Part shown: positions 13,801 to 28,800 of the stretch, one piece after another
How the letters are laid out: each line of letters opens with the position of its first letter
Position numbering within the stretch: the stretch's first letter is position 1
Assembly (NCBI GenBank): GCA_030265395.1
Contig: JARFYF010000053.1
Span: 32,993,788 to 33,057,787 of the forward strand
DNA from: Rhina ancylostomus
Lineage: Eukaryota
DNA length: 64,000 bases
Reading direction: 5' to 3'
Program-made: the position numbers and the translations under genes
Notes under the pieces: model-generated
Seen by the model: the letters and a program-made list of their open reading frames with translations, nothing else
What the model was told of the DNA's origin: nothing
The model's database searches: none

Positions 13801-16800
13801 GAAAGGATTCCGAGATAGCATTCATGCACATTTGGAAAGGCATGGCCCAATGAGGGACAGTCAGCATGGCTGTTGGGGGGGGGGGGCGAGAGAGAGAAAG
13901 AGGAAGATGATCATTTCTTATGAAATCGATTGAGTTTTGAGGTGACAAAGGTGATTGATGAGGGGCAGGTTGTGGATGTTGTCCACGTGGACATCTCTCC
14001 ACACAATTCGAATCTGAGAGCAAAAATACTCTATTCTTTTTGCACTGAGCATCTCCCAGAAACTTCATTCCTAATTGTGCATGAGACAGATGTTAGACTT
14101 GTACAGTACATTAGTATCGCATCCTCAGACTGGAGATCATAACACTGAACATAACAGACATAGGGTTTGCTGGTCTGTTTTGTGCAAAGGCTCACTTGTA
14201 TTGATGCCACAACCAGCTTCATTAAAACTTTGCTTTAAGATCAACACCACGTTCATGCAACTAATACATATCTAATACTCAAGCAGCTATGCCAAGAACA
14301 CCAGCTTTACTCAGAACACCAAAATTGTTCCTCAAAAGACACCAGAATCATGGAGATGACCAATTCATTGTTGAATCATAGCCAAAACCAGTGGATATAG
14401 ATGGGAAATGTAAGCAACATTGGGAAGAATTATAAAACTTAAATTTTACTCAAATCCCAGACACTCAACTACCCACTTTTCTCACATTCAAGATTCCAAT
14501 CTCCATAGCAACTGAACTACCAGGCTTCTGTGACAACAGGAGACATGTGAAATAGCACATGAGAGATAGCAAGCCTGTGAAAAGCTCTGTCACCATAATC
14601 ACTCAATTATACTCCATCACAGTTGTTTATCTGGACATAAACTGATCTATTTTTACCACTCTAGATAATGAACAGCCATTCCACAATGGGTTATTTAGTG
14701 TCATACTGTAACCAAATTGTATTCTAACCTGACTCTATTGCCTTTCAGGTAATCTCAGCAGTTTCAAGAACCATGGGCTATTTACTTGCTGCAATACTTT
14801 CCTTCACCTTCTCTCCCAGTACCTTTTGCCTAACTCAGTCTGGACACAGAATGAATCAATGCTGGGATCTTTGTGACCAGAGTACGTGGTATACTCAAAA
14901 TCAGTCATGTGAAGGCCACCTGTATTACTATGCAACATTAAAACAATTGCATCATAAATCTGAAGTTTATCATTAAAAGCACCAGATCTGGTTTTCTCAA
15001 AAATCTTCAAAACTTCGCAATGTGCTTAAGCTACCATGGCAACTTCACGTTAAGATACAAATCTCCTCCAATTATTCCTCAAAAATCAGGGCAGTAGACA
15101 GCACATCCCATATCAAGTAGACAAGGATCTCCATTGTCACAGTTCTATTGCACAATTACAACTGTAATTGCACAACTACAATTATACTCAATTTATGAAG
15201 ATCAATCACATCAAGTATCAAACAAAATGGTGAAAGTGAATGCTTATTTTTTAAATGCACATGAAGATTTGCAGGCCTTATTTCAATGCTGCCCTTCAAG
15301 TAACTGTGCATTTGCCCATACCAACTATTCAGGAAGTTGTTCGCCTGTCCACAAACTTCCACCTTTTTGTCTGGATAAGTCAGTCTAACAATCTATTATT
15401 GTGGCAGAGTCTCACCGTCAAACATAAATGCACCAGCTTTAAATACAAGTGAAAAGGAGAAAATTTGACTACCGAAGGAGAGATACTACAAAGTCCAAGT
15501 GCTGACTTGGGAAATAAGCCAAACAATCAACATCAACTCTCACCTGGTCTTTTACACAGTCCACAGTGCCTCTCCGTAGAGGTGTGGCATTGTAGGCCAA
15601 TTTCTGTCCCGTCTGAGCCACAGTGCATAGCTGGAACTTGATAGTTTCACCCTTCTGAAGGCAATCTGTTTTGTTTGCCAGACTGATTATGCCAAAAGGA
15701 TATACTTCACCTTTTGTAGTCCCTGCAAGAACATACAAACACCTCAGTACCAAATAGTACAAATATCTAACAATTTGTTGCATGAAGATTTAATGTTTGT
15801 GGGGAAAAAACGAATTTAGCCATCTTTCAGGATTAATTTCTCCCCTTCCACCACCAATAGCTTAATAGATAAATGCAGCAAGCCAGCAAGATCAGAAAGA
15901 CTATTTAAGAGCAAATCTGGAGCCGCAAGTGACTTGTGCATTCATGGTCCAGGATGTCAAAAAAATACCCCTTGCTCTTTAAATGAATCAACTGGAAAGT
16001 GCAAACATTGAGGGGGACCGATCAGAATTTTAGTCTACACTGAAAAATCATTGTATAGGCTTGCACATAACAAATAACCATTTGCACATTGCAAGACACA
16101 ACATCTTCAGATCTGAAGGTCAGAATTTTGCACACAGGGAGGGTGGCAGAAAATAAACAGGAAGAACAAAGCTATACAAATAATAACACTCTTAAGCTCA
16201 GAGTACAAAGTAGGATCAAGGAACAGAAGATCAAATTGAGAGAAGCTTGCATTGAAGGATGCCGATTTAAGCATTTCTGATCATTAGACCTTTTAGTACT
16301 CCCAACAAACTGAGCAATCAGAATTTTGAAAATGCTTTAATAGTAACTTTAGAAAAAATTTGCAAGAGGCTTCAGAAGTATAACCGAAACAGGTAAATTG
16401 GGAGTGGTGACTAAGTTTGGCAAGAGGTGCATTTTAGAAGTAAAGTTGTAAGGGACAACAGGGAGATGGAGTTTAAGTGCCTGCTGCCACTTAGGTGACA
16501 AAGACCCCAATGGTGGGGGAGGAGGGAGAAAACAGTTACCAACATAAAACTTGGGGAAAGGGCACTTTTAGCACTGCATCTGGGGGTGGGGTTTAAACAG
16601 ATGAAAATTGAGGGGGGAATTGGCGTTTGGTTCCCAGATCCAAGTTATTAAAACTGGAGCAAAGGCTGAAAACATCTTACTGCAGGAGTTCTGAAGAAAC
16701 TGAAGATTGCACAGAATGGAGGATAGATGGCTGACCAGGAACAGACTATGGCAATGGATGAAGCTTTTAAAAGCAGGTATACACCAGAGTTGGCAGTTTG

Positions 16801-19800
16801 AGGCCACTCCTGTGACACCCCCCCCACCCCCCCAAATCCACAATCACATTAAATGTTGAAATAATGCACACAAGAGAAATTCACCTTCCTCTGTAATCTC
16901 AACAAGTCCTTGATACTCTGCCTGCTGTGGATCGACACTGCGCAATGGCCTCAACACTTTACCAGTATAGACTGTTGGGTANNNNNNNNNNNNNNNNNNA
17001 CTGTAAATAGAAACATATTAAAATGGGGCACATAACAAATTGTCACAAGTCATTTTAATTGCAGACAGCTGGCAGCAATAGAAACTGGGAATCCAAAATA
17101 AGGAAGAAACATTTGCAGCAATACACATTTCCTCAGATACACTTGATCAGTTTTGAAACATGCAACAAAAGAGGTCAAATGGCAGATGCAAGGTTTCTGC
17201 AATCTTGCTACATGATACTTTGAAGGACGCTGCATTTATTCTTCCTGCAATTAACACTGATCCAGGTTAACATCTATCATCCTAAAGTGATCTTAAGGCA
17301 ATGTCATCTTCTCAGATTAAATTACTATCAAAAAAATTAGACAAAAGCTTGAAATAGTATAACTTTTAAAGTAAATGGGAATCCAACACTGCATCTCATT
17401 CTATTTCTATAGATCTGCACTAATGAATCTCAAATCTTTCCTACTTATAAGATGTCAAAAATTGGAACAGAACATTTTAAATATGCATCCTGATATATCA
17501 ATTCCTTTTACTAGATGAAGATTGCTAGTCCCTAAATGGTACTCGAGACCAGAACCCCTCTGGTAGATTTAAGATTTTTTACCCAATTAGTTGCTTCAAA
17601 TAATAGTTTCTAGTGTCTTAATAAACTCAAATCAGCAAAACTCATCTACAATGGTTCTGTACTAAATATCAAATTGTTCCCAGGACAGAACTTATTAGCA
17701 TAAAAACTTAGTACTATTCTAAATTTTTCAATGAATGTTATTTAATAAGCAACCTTGAAATAGTTTTGATTTAAAAAACTTCCTTCATTGCTTTTCTCCT
17801 AGCACCAAAAAGCCTAATTTACAAAACCCAGAACATGAAAACAATAAAACCAATGAGTTAAACAATTAAACATTTAACTTGAAAACAGACAGCAAAGGAA
17901 AAAGGAAACAGAAAAGCTTGGATGGCCCTCAGCTGTTCCAAATGCAAATTTTGATCAAAACATCATGTTACTTTTAAAAACTACTTTGTTCCTGACCGCT
18001 AAGATGTATAAATGGCATCATACAACTACTATACAGCAGGCCTGGGAAGTAGGTTAAAAACTAATATTGCATTTGCATTTGAATGTTACAAGCATTGATC
18101 ACAGGGCTTCCATTTTGTTCAATGTATACTCAATGTGTAAAGCACAAGTCTTCTGTTCCTATATTTGACAAATAAATCCTTAAGTCTGGAAGAAATTGGT
18201 GGATTATTCAAAACCTATATAAATTTACAGTACTGCAATCAGCAAAATGATTAAAGTGCTTTAAGTTTGTAGGGTTAATTTCAGATTTTATTAAATTGTG
18301 AAGGTTTTAAATGCTCCCTTTATCCATTCAAATTATTTTTCAAAATTAATACAACTATGACAGAAATCTTCAATACAAAGAGCCCAGTCTCAAACTACTC
18401 CATGAACTATTTCTTTTTAGCATTCACATTTTAAAGTTAAAACAGATCTTGCTTCCACAACCTTTCGAAGGTTCCAACAGACCCAAAGACAAAAACTCTC
18501 CAAGATCTCTCCTAACATCATACTATCCAATATTAATTTACTTAAATCATACTATCCCAGTTTTGAAGATCACCATGAGATCTCCCCTCAGTCCTTACTC
18601 TAAAGAGCCTTGCTTACTCTCAAAATCCTTTCATTGCTGGCATTTTACTAGCTCTGCACCCACTGCATTGCCCCCATTTATCCTTCCTAACCTAAGGTTT
18701 GCAAACTGCACAATATTTAAATTGTTGCAATGAACTGCATAGTTTATACAATATACTTTTACACCTCAATAATAGGATTCTATTGCTTTAAAAGCTTAAT
18801 TTCCCCTTGTTTTTTTCAGGTCTATGCCTCAACACCAAAATTTTTAAAAAACTGGATGAATTTCCCTATTGCATCCCCAGAGCCGGACTGAACCTGGAGC
18901 CATCCTGGTCTGTTTGGTGGAACCTGACAACTACGACTTGGGAGGATTACTGTTCTGTTTATCAAACACAGGAAAAATTACAATGAAAAATAAAATATAA
19001 CTGCAGATTCCAGAAACCAAAAATAAAAAATGGAAAATACTGAAAACACTTCAGATCAGACAGCACCCATGAAGGGAGAAAGATCCTTCAGAACTGGGAG
19101 AGATAAAGTTGCAGAGTGGGTAGGGTAGAGAATTATAGGATAAGGGAATCTGATCTGGTAAAGCCAGCTTTGCCATTAGGATAAAACTATAGTAATGAGA
19201 AAAGAGCAAGAAAAATGATGCACCAGTATTTCAGATGGATGACCTGCAGCAGCTTGATACACCTTGAAAGATTTCAATGCCCTGGGTCAGTGTTCTGCTC
19301 ACTATCTGCCATCTCTACCACTTCATCGTGACTGAATAAAAAGCCATTGGATGCAATATTGAACATTACATTTTCAGTTGATAAACAATGGCCATCTTAA
19401 AAAGTTTGAATACAGCAAATGGGAATAGATTGAATTTGGAAATGCCAAGAGCAATTTACCGCCAGCTTTCCTACTTTTACTTGCCAAGGATATGATGCAA
19501 ATTCCTGGAGAATACACAAAATACACTCCTGCAAGTGAATTAAAATGAAAATAATGTCTGAAGCAAATATTAAAATCCTTACAGATTTGGTATAATACAT
19601 TAAAATAATGCTTCAGTTTTGTTTTCAAGTACAAAGTTGCACTGTAGAATTCTATTCAATTACTTGAATATTTCCCTGGATCAATTCCACAATAGTCTGA
19701 AATTTCTTTAGATCTACCTACATCTGAAAAGTTTATTAATGATGGACAAAACAACATCAGGTCACTGATTTATATTATAGATCTTCATACACATTTCTAC

Positions 19801-22800
19801 TGCTTATGCTTCTACTGGTCTCAGGTATTAACTAACATTTGAGGGAAGTAGAAATAGAAACAGACAACTTCAACAAGGTGTAACTGGCCTGGTCATCCAA
19901 ATATATCCTGTTGTGGAAGGCTTTGAATACAGGGATGTAGATCATGGAAACAAATTCTGATTAGGTCAACTGCAGCCAGATTAAGGACAGCTCCTTAAAA
20001 CTGTCTCATATGCAATGAAATTTTAGCCAACCACATTGAATTCAAAATCAACAGTTGTATTCTTATTACCTGGCAGCTGGTACATTAGAAGATGCAAGCA
20101 TTTTTTAAAAATTGATGGCGTTCACCTGGATCTTACCTGTTGTAATCTTGGCAACTTTTTCAGCACTCACTTTGTTTCCTTTTCCCTTTGACAAACTGTA
20201 TTCCACAACATCTCCAACTTCCAATTCATCGACATCGCCTGAGAACTCACTGGAAATTGGAACATCAATGTGTGAAATGTAAAAAAGACTTAACTACATC
20301 AATATTCAAAGTTTTAAATGTATACAGCACAGACAGCTATGTATTGATTCTGTGCCAAGACCAATACATCAAAACAGTCAAATATTGACTATAAAAATGA
20401 AGCGTTGGTATGCTGGTTTAAAAACTGCATTTCAATTATCTCCAAAATACTCAAAAATCTATGTTTACATAGACAAATGTTTACACACTGCCTTAAAGTA
20501 ATCAACTATTTATATAAAACTTTCAAAACTACTGGTTAAAGCACCTGACAAATCCCATTTCTGGAAAACACTAAAATAATCTGATCAAGAGATATCCTAA
20601 GAACGGGCAAAGCGTTTTAGATCAAAAGTGATTTCTGGGTTTTATGTCCTGAACAGCTAGATTTCAGCCAAAGTGTAACATTTCCTGTTGTATTTACAGC
20701 CATTCAGGTCTGTGGATTAAGATCAGATTCCACAATTTTTTCCCCCCACTGATCCAAGAACAAATTTCACTCCATGCACCCAAAAATTCTTGATCTATAA
20801 AAATTGCAGAATACAGCATGAGGGAATGTTTCCTATGAGAAACTGGGCTAAAAGAATAGAGGAAGGATAGTGCCAATACAAACTGGAAAGAAAATCATGG
20901 TGTGGTATTGCAGTCCACCTTAGATTGTTAAAAAATTGATACTTAAACAATTTTCTTGCAGGTGTGGTCGGAACTGGGGTTGGGAACTCAATAATAGAAT
21001 CAACAGGATATCTGATAGCAATATTCAAAATATCAGACAGTAATTGGGAATTCTCTAGCACTGTTATGGTAGCAGTACTACAAGGATCAATGTGAAATAC
21101 CCGGGCAGAAAATGTAGCTTTGCCAGTATCGCTAGAGCACCGATGAAAATTAAGTCTAGTGAGTAGCCACATTTAATTCCCAAAATATCCTTTTGTGGAG
21201 GATCTACTACTACAGTTTCTTGGGGGTATTCTGATGAAAATAGAATTCACCCAAGTTTGAAAACAGAAGCAAACAGTGGAAATAAAAATAAAAGGATTAA
21301 GTAGGTTTGTATGCTCTAGATGAGCACAGAAAGGGATGAAACACCCATTTCTATGGTACTACGATTTTACAGATTCTTTTGTAATCAATTGTGTGCCTTG
21401 GGGTTGGTTAGAAATGTTCAAAAATTATGCAGGGAAAAAATCTTGAAACATTTACATGAGCCTAGAGTCAAAACTGATCTCTATTGCTTTGATATTGATA
21501 GCTAAATATCAAACAGCAACTAAAACACCACAAGCTTAGTATCAGCAATCCTATATTTTAAATTGAATGTATGCAGCTTTGCCAAGATTAACCACACACT
21601 TAACACATTACTACAAAAATTCATTATCCTATCCAAAGTTTTCCTCCTAAACAGGAAGTCATCTTTGAGCTGTACATTCATAAAAGGTCTGATCAAGCAC
21701 AAGTTAGGCTGATATACTAAGCAGGTTAAAGAATACTTTTATCATCTACCTGGCTCCCAATTTTACCACTGCCTCAATATACATACCCAAGTTGTGCCCA
21801 AATCCTACAATCCACTGTTGCTTAGCAAGTACCTCACCACTGCTGAGAAATGTGTCAAAGATGAGGTGTAATAAAGTAAATTCAACACCTGTGGATGATA
21901 TTGTAGTTGCACTGTGAAACTGCCAAGTTCAAAAGGCATTAAATTGTTCCATTTTCAAATTATGAAACAGCCAAGATAACCCAATTTTGATACGCCTTGC
22001 TTTTAAGACCAGCCAAGCATTCCATAAAATTGGATGTGCTACATTAAGTCTTGTTTGCCAAAGCTGTTTTCCATAAATCACAGAAACTATTTTATAAATG
22101 TAAATATCTAAATGAACACAAAGGTTCCAGACTGTATGAGAGTTCCAATAGTTTCAAACTTTGCTCTAGGTCAATTATATGCTGTGTCACTGAGCAAAGT
22201 ACCCTAAACTTTCGATCAGCAACTCAAGACTTTTATAATGTACATACGGCATTTTACAAAAGGCACATTTGGATTAAGATTCTAGAGTGGGCATTGTGCC
22301 ATGCATAAAGAAATGTGTTTTGGGTTTATGGATATGTGCAAGACATGAAGTTCAACCTGATGCCATCTAACATCTTTCCTTTTCTCCCTTCCAAAAGGGG
22401 AAATTTCCTCAGCCAACTCAGTTCATTCTTTCATCTCTCATTCCCATTCTTAGTGCCTTCCCAGGCAACCACTTTCATTTTGCCTTTTCCCAGAGGAGAT
22501 CCAAACTTCCAGATGAAGCGGAAACTCAATTTTATATCCTGCCTGGGCACATTGTGGCCTTCAAGGTTCCATATGGAATTGAACAACTGCAGGTAATTTG
22601 CTTTTGTGCTTTATATCAGAACCGGCTAGTCTGACTGAAAGACAATCCATATTTAAAATTAACACAGGTTTTCCTTTTCTCCTCAGACACTGCCTGATGT
22701 TCTTCTGGTTTCAGCAACAGCTCTGATCTACATTTCATAGCTTTGACCTGCAACTTTGTTTTTCCATTCTACCTGCCCTCATTAATCCATGAGCCAGATA

Positions 22801-25800
22801 ACTTCTGTAAACATTGGAATTATCTTGTCAATCCTGGCTTCACTCTCAGAAATATTCCCCTAGTCCTATTCTACTTTCCTTGCAAGTAAAAACTAAACTT
22901 TTCTCACTATTCTGATGAAGCATCTTCACTTGGAAGTGTTAACTATTTCTTTCTATAGATGCTACCCGAGCCAGTGTTTCTAACATTGTTTTTATTCAGA
23001 TTCAACATTTTGGCTTTTATAAGTAGCTTTTAAAATAACAAAACCCACTAATTTTTCCACAAGTGCATTGTTTGGAATGTAAGATATTCCTCGAGCCAGA
23101 TTCTCCTCAACTCAGCTCAACACCCAAGCTCACCCAAAGCCCACTCCTTCAGAGGTTGCATTCACTTTTTGCAGTCCTGCAGGAATAATTGAGCTGCAGC
23201 CAGGCAGCCTCAGCAGTCCTGCATGGCTCAAATGGTGACTGACCTCAAGGTGGCAGCACCCATTAATGACCCTCACCATCTAGGAGATGTGCTCTTCTCA
23301 TTACTACCATCAGGGTGGTGGTACAGGACCCTGAAGATCCACACTCAACTTAGGAACAGCTTCTTCCCCTCCAGATTTCTGAATGATCCAAAAACATTTC
23401 ATTTCTTTTTAAACTATTTTATAATTTATAGACTTTTGTCTTTGCACTGTACTATTGCAACAACTAATTTCACATCGTAAGTCAGTGATAAATCTGATGG
23501 AGCCTCAAATCCTGAAGCCCTGCCCTTGGACCATCCTGATGGCCTTTAGACAGCCCATTCTTTTAACCGTTTAAAATGTTGTCAATAATTAGATACTTAA
23601 AAACTACAAGCAGATTTGAATAAAAATGTAAATGATGCTATTTCTAGTGCTTTAAGATGCTTAAGTTAAATGAAAACAAGCCATGCACTTTTTCCCAATC
23701 AAGATTGATAACCCCTTTCAAATGAATAGGTTATGTTATGTACACCAGTTGCATCTGGCATGAAGCTTAGAGGTCAGATATGAAACATGTCTGGCCCATC
23801 AGTTCAATACATCTGCACTCCACCCTGGGCTCAATGCAGAGATCAGTGACAAAGCAGGGGAGCAGATGTACCGGCAGGTGCACAAGTTAGGGGACAAGCT
23901 TACCCGTGGAAAGACTATCATTGGCAATTCTCTGCAGAACCAAAAAGCAAAATTAACATTTAGTCCCTTTAAGTATTTCTTAGAAAAACAAAATGCACGA
24001 GGTTTCTTTCTCTTATCAGTTACACAGGTAGGCAATCAAATGATGGAAGGATAATGGGGTAGCTAACAACAACCCACTACCCTGTAAATCTATAATCCTG
24101 GCTTTTACAAATTCTTAATCTTACATTCTCCCATGATGCAGGTGCAGCAAGATCAAGAGGGATTAATCACATCTGTTAAATTATAAAAGTAGCCCTCAAC
24201 TCTTTACTTGATCCTCTAAGAGCTGTTCCTTCAAAGTACTATCCTTGGAGAATACGAAGTCATTGATTGTGAAGCGATTACACCATGGAAAAAATTAAAA
24301 TAGAATCAAGCAACAGGAAAGGAACTGGAACACATGCTGGTATAGTCAAGCAATCAGGATTTTCTGTTTTAAATAGTAAACAATCTGAAAACACCATTGT
24401 AATTTGTTTCAATACAAACGAGACCAGAGACAATGTTATCTATGCTTTCCTTAAAGATGTTTTGCAGTTTTATATGCAAATCATTTTAGTGATGCTATTG
24501 GAGGATGACATTACCATCATTCTAATAACCCACTGGGTCAGCACAACTGTGGATGTCCAAATGGACAGTTCACATTGGTAGTACGTGCTTATGATGCATT
24601 CAATTATTTTTGTGAACTACAAAAACATTAGATTTTGGTCATGCATTGGTAAAAGGATAAATCAATGAAACAAAGGCATTTCCATGGTCATGAAAATTGA
24701 TGTTAATTTTTCCTCTATTATACACTAAACTAATTTGGTATGGAATATACCCAGCAGTTTAAATTCTCCACTAATGAAACCTGCTTAGTCAGAATTACTA
24801 AAGGGATGCCACTTACAGCTGGCATTAGTAACAGGAGTCCTTGATCTAATCAAATCAGTGACCAAATTCCCCATTAATACAAATCTGAAAACACCCGGTT
24901 TCAAAAGTTACAATAAGGTGGAACACTGGAAATTCTACAAAGAAATAAAATCATGCAAGTATTTGGCAAAATACACACCTAATCTAAACAAGTTCACTGA
25001 GAAGGGTGATACTTTTCATTTAAAAATTCTAAGTAAACATCATGCACTCCATGTCTTGTAAATGCAGTGCAAGTGTCAAATAAGCAGCTCACCTGTAGTG
25101 GAAGAAAATTTCTTGATCATGTTGAGAAGTTTCGATGAAACCAAAATTATCCTTCAATGCTGCCACATATCCTACAAGTCTCTTGGCATTGGGGTTACGA
25201 TTTAGAATTTTGATTGATACTGCACTCTGTAGGCCAGTTCTTTTAACTTCACAAATGCTAAATTCAATCTATATGCAAAAATTAGAGATGAGAACTGCTT
25301 TAAGAAATTGTTAAATGAGCATTGTCAATTTAATTTGTAGTTGTACAAAACTAGCCTGGATGCATCAATGGAAATACATACCTATGGGTATTGAACTGTA
25401 ATAGGTTTAAAAGAAGCTTTTAGTGACTTAGTTTTCATTTGTAACCTCATCACAAGAAATGCTGATGAATAATTGATCACCAAAATTCTGGTTAAGTGAA
25501 CATACCTAGCTTGCAAACTGGTCACTGAAATGCAATAGTCAAAATATAGACATTTAATGTTTATATTAACATTGATGGGCCTCAATCCACTCAAACTGGA
25601 TGTGGGATTACAATTTTGCTGCATATTTGTGGCCAAGGGACCATAAAAATTAGGTTTTTAAACCAACTACCACAGGAGCAAATGGCCACATCAAAATGTT
25701 TTTTTAAACTCAAATAGGTTATGACACTTCAGTGAGTTTATCCCATTAATGGCTAATCTTTGCAGAAAAATTTGCTCACCGAGTTAGGATGACAGGTAGG

Positions 25801-28800
25801 GCATTTCAAGAGGACTGTGCTCTTGAAAGAGAAGAACATTCCTATTCCTGATCACCAAGTAGCAATTCAAAAATTGCAAAGTATAGCAATTTATATAGGN
25901 NNNNNNNNNNNNNNNNNNNNNNNNNNNNNNNNNNNNNNNNNNNNNNNNNNNNNNNNNNNNNNNNNNNNNNNNNNNNNNNNNNNNNNNNNNNNNNNNNNNA
26001 GTATAGCAATTTATATAGGAGACAACTCAAATGTCAATAGTGCCAGATAGGTAGGTGTAGATGAACGCAAGCTTCACTCTAATATGCCTCAGGAACCATA
26101 TGGATCTGGTTTTCAAACTTATCCCCTTACTACTACCCCTTAATGTTATGACAATGGAATACATCTGCATTACCATTCAGCTAAAGAGGATACTGTGGGA
26201 CTACACATCTCCATTGTGAGAACCACCAGAAGCTGGGACCTTCAATTGGATCTAATATTACACACTCTCCATCTATTGATAAAATGGGTAGACGGAAAAT
26301 GGACAAAACACCAAAGGTACAGCATGGACAGAAAACTATGGAGTCCCCCTAGTCCTTACCTTACACCATACTGGCCCCTGCATCCAGCATATCCTGTGTC
26401 ATTTCCACCTACAGCAAGGAGATCCCACCATCTCCTCCCCATCCCTTTCCACCTTCTGCAGGGACCACTCCGACTCCCCTGGTCTGCTCATCCCTCACCA
26501 CCTATTTGCCCCCAGCCTCAGGCACTTTCCCCAGCAACCATAGGAGGTGCAACACTTGTTCTTTCAACTGCCTCACCACTACCTCTCAGGGACCCAAACA
26601 GCCCTTCCAAGTGAGGCAAAGATCCACATGCACCTCCTCCAACCTCATCTACTGCATTCAGTGCTCCTGATGTGGCCTCCTCTACATTAGGAAGGCCAAA
26701 CTCAGATTAGGCAACTGATTTACAGAGTACCTATGAAGTGAATTGGCTATTGGGACCTCATTATTTATCCCAATTATGGAAAAACAAGGATGTAAATTTT
26801 CAATACCATTGAAGATTCCTAAACTGTAGAGGAAACTGAAGACCTAATGGTGCTGTTGGTTATTGCATTCTTTTAGAAAGACCTCAAAACTATAGGAGTA
26901 TTAACAGTAATGTTAGGCATAGCAGCTTAGAAATTAAGATTTGCATTGCAATATAATGAGTGCATTCTGTAATAAATTGCACATGCAATGTGCAGGAATC
27001 TATGCACAAACGTCTAAATTAAAGCCACTATCCAGTTTCAAAAGATTAATACATTCTGCCACAATACTTCAATGAGAACAACCATTAGAAACATACTACT
27101 TGCTTGCAGTAATCATTACATCTCTACACAACATAGCCGAAGTTCAAAATTGCTCTTCAATCCAATGATACAGGACAAAAAAATTATTGGCAAATAACCC
27201 TGCTTATCTCAACTATGGCCACATGGTGGCTCTGCACCAGCTTAATTTAAATAAGGCAAATTGAACCCGAAAATAGTGGCAAAAATTGAAGGGGAGGAAG
27301 AACTTAATAATAGTTAAACATTTTTTAAAAAGTTTGCAGTAGAATAATCAAAAGAACTCGTTAATGGTCAACAAGCCCATTCTTATTAGGCAACATTATC
27401 AGTGTACATGATCGAAATACTGAGTGGGAGGTGGGAGACAATTACTCATTNNNNNNNNNNNNNNNNNNNNNNNNNNNNNNNNNNNNNNNNNNNNNNNNNN
27501 NNNNNNNNNNNNNNNNNNNNNNNNNNNNNNNNNNNNNNNNNNNNNNNNNNGGAGACAATTACTCATTGACAGAAAACCAGACCAGCAACAGGGAGGCAAA
27601 ATCCACTTCAGTGATTTGCCTCCTGATTTTGCAAAGCCCTTCTATCAAGATGTCAAATGTGATGGAAAAACTGCAGCTTCAATGAAAGCAGAATCCCATC
27701 TAGGGAAAAGTGTACAATCTATAAAAGCTCAAAAAAGACAGTGAGCACATAGGAGCCTAACAAGCTTTAAGTTCCACTCCAGATCACACTTCCAACTTGC
27801 AAATTTCATTGTCTCCTTGAACAACATACAAACTCAGTGTAGGTACCTTCACCACACTGACAACTGTTCAAAATGGTGGTGAGCTGCCACCTTCAAGGGC
27901 AATTAGGGATGATCAGAAAATGGTTGCTTAATGAACTCCACATCTTGTAAGCTAATATTGACAAAGATTTATTGCTTCTCACCAGCCTACTCCATCTCCC
28001 ATTTTTCTCTTCTTTCCCTGGAACAGCCCTGTTATTTCACAATCCTCTATCCTCAAACTCCCATGTGCAAATAGGAGAGGTAAATTCTTTTTATTAAAAC
28101 AATTGCAAAGGGGAAAGAATCAGCTTTGTGGTTAAATTTACAGGAAACAAATTCTACAATAATGCACCTCAATGAGAGACAACTTCAACTCTTAAGATTT
28201 AATAAGAAACCAGATTTTAGACTCATTACATTTCAGTCCAGTCAGTCATCACTGAAAAAATCTTTAAGAGCCAACATTTCAACCTATTTGCAAAGGTAAA
28301 ATGAAACTGCAAAAATGAAACAGCTTCATGTACCTTATCACCAAGTTGTGGAATTGCACACCCTTCCAGCTCTTTTATATGGTACGGTACAGTCATTCTT
28401 ATCCCAGCTTCGTCATACGCAATTACTCCCTCTTCAGAATCCTAAAGAATGACAACAGGAAAAGTTTAGCAACAGTGGTCAGCTCACTGATAGCACATTA
28501 ACCAGAATGTTAGCAAAAGTCTTCGTCACTGGATTCTTTCACTCTGATGTTTAACCATTTGAACTAAAAGGACCATGCCAAAAATCCACATGCATTTTAA
28601 AAAATTCAACATTGACTTCAATTTCAATATTTCAAAAGGTTAAGTATTGAGAAAATTCTTAAAGAATACATATTATTCTCTTGTGTAACGTATTAGCATT
28701 TCTAAGTGGTGCTCAAGAATGTCCTCAGCAACAGCGCAAATGCACATAGTAGGAAACCTAATATGGAAGGATATGGGGTACCCTTGCACAAATCCCTGGA

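Noticed and set aside
721-27570. 20-27 bp direct repeats flanking 100-N gaps (721/848, 5179/5299, 12071/12200, 25880/26000, 27434/27551), superficially like target-site duplications or CRISPR repeats
   Set aside because: Each pair brackets a fixed 100-N spacer, so these are unmerged contig overlaps (scaffolding artefact).
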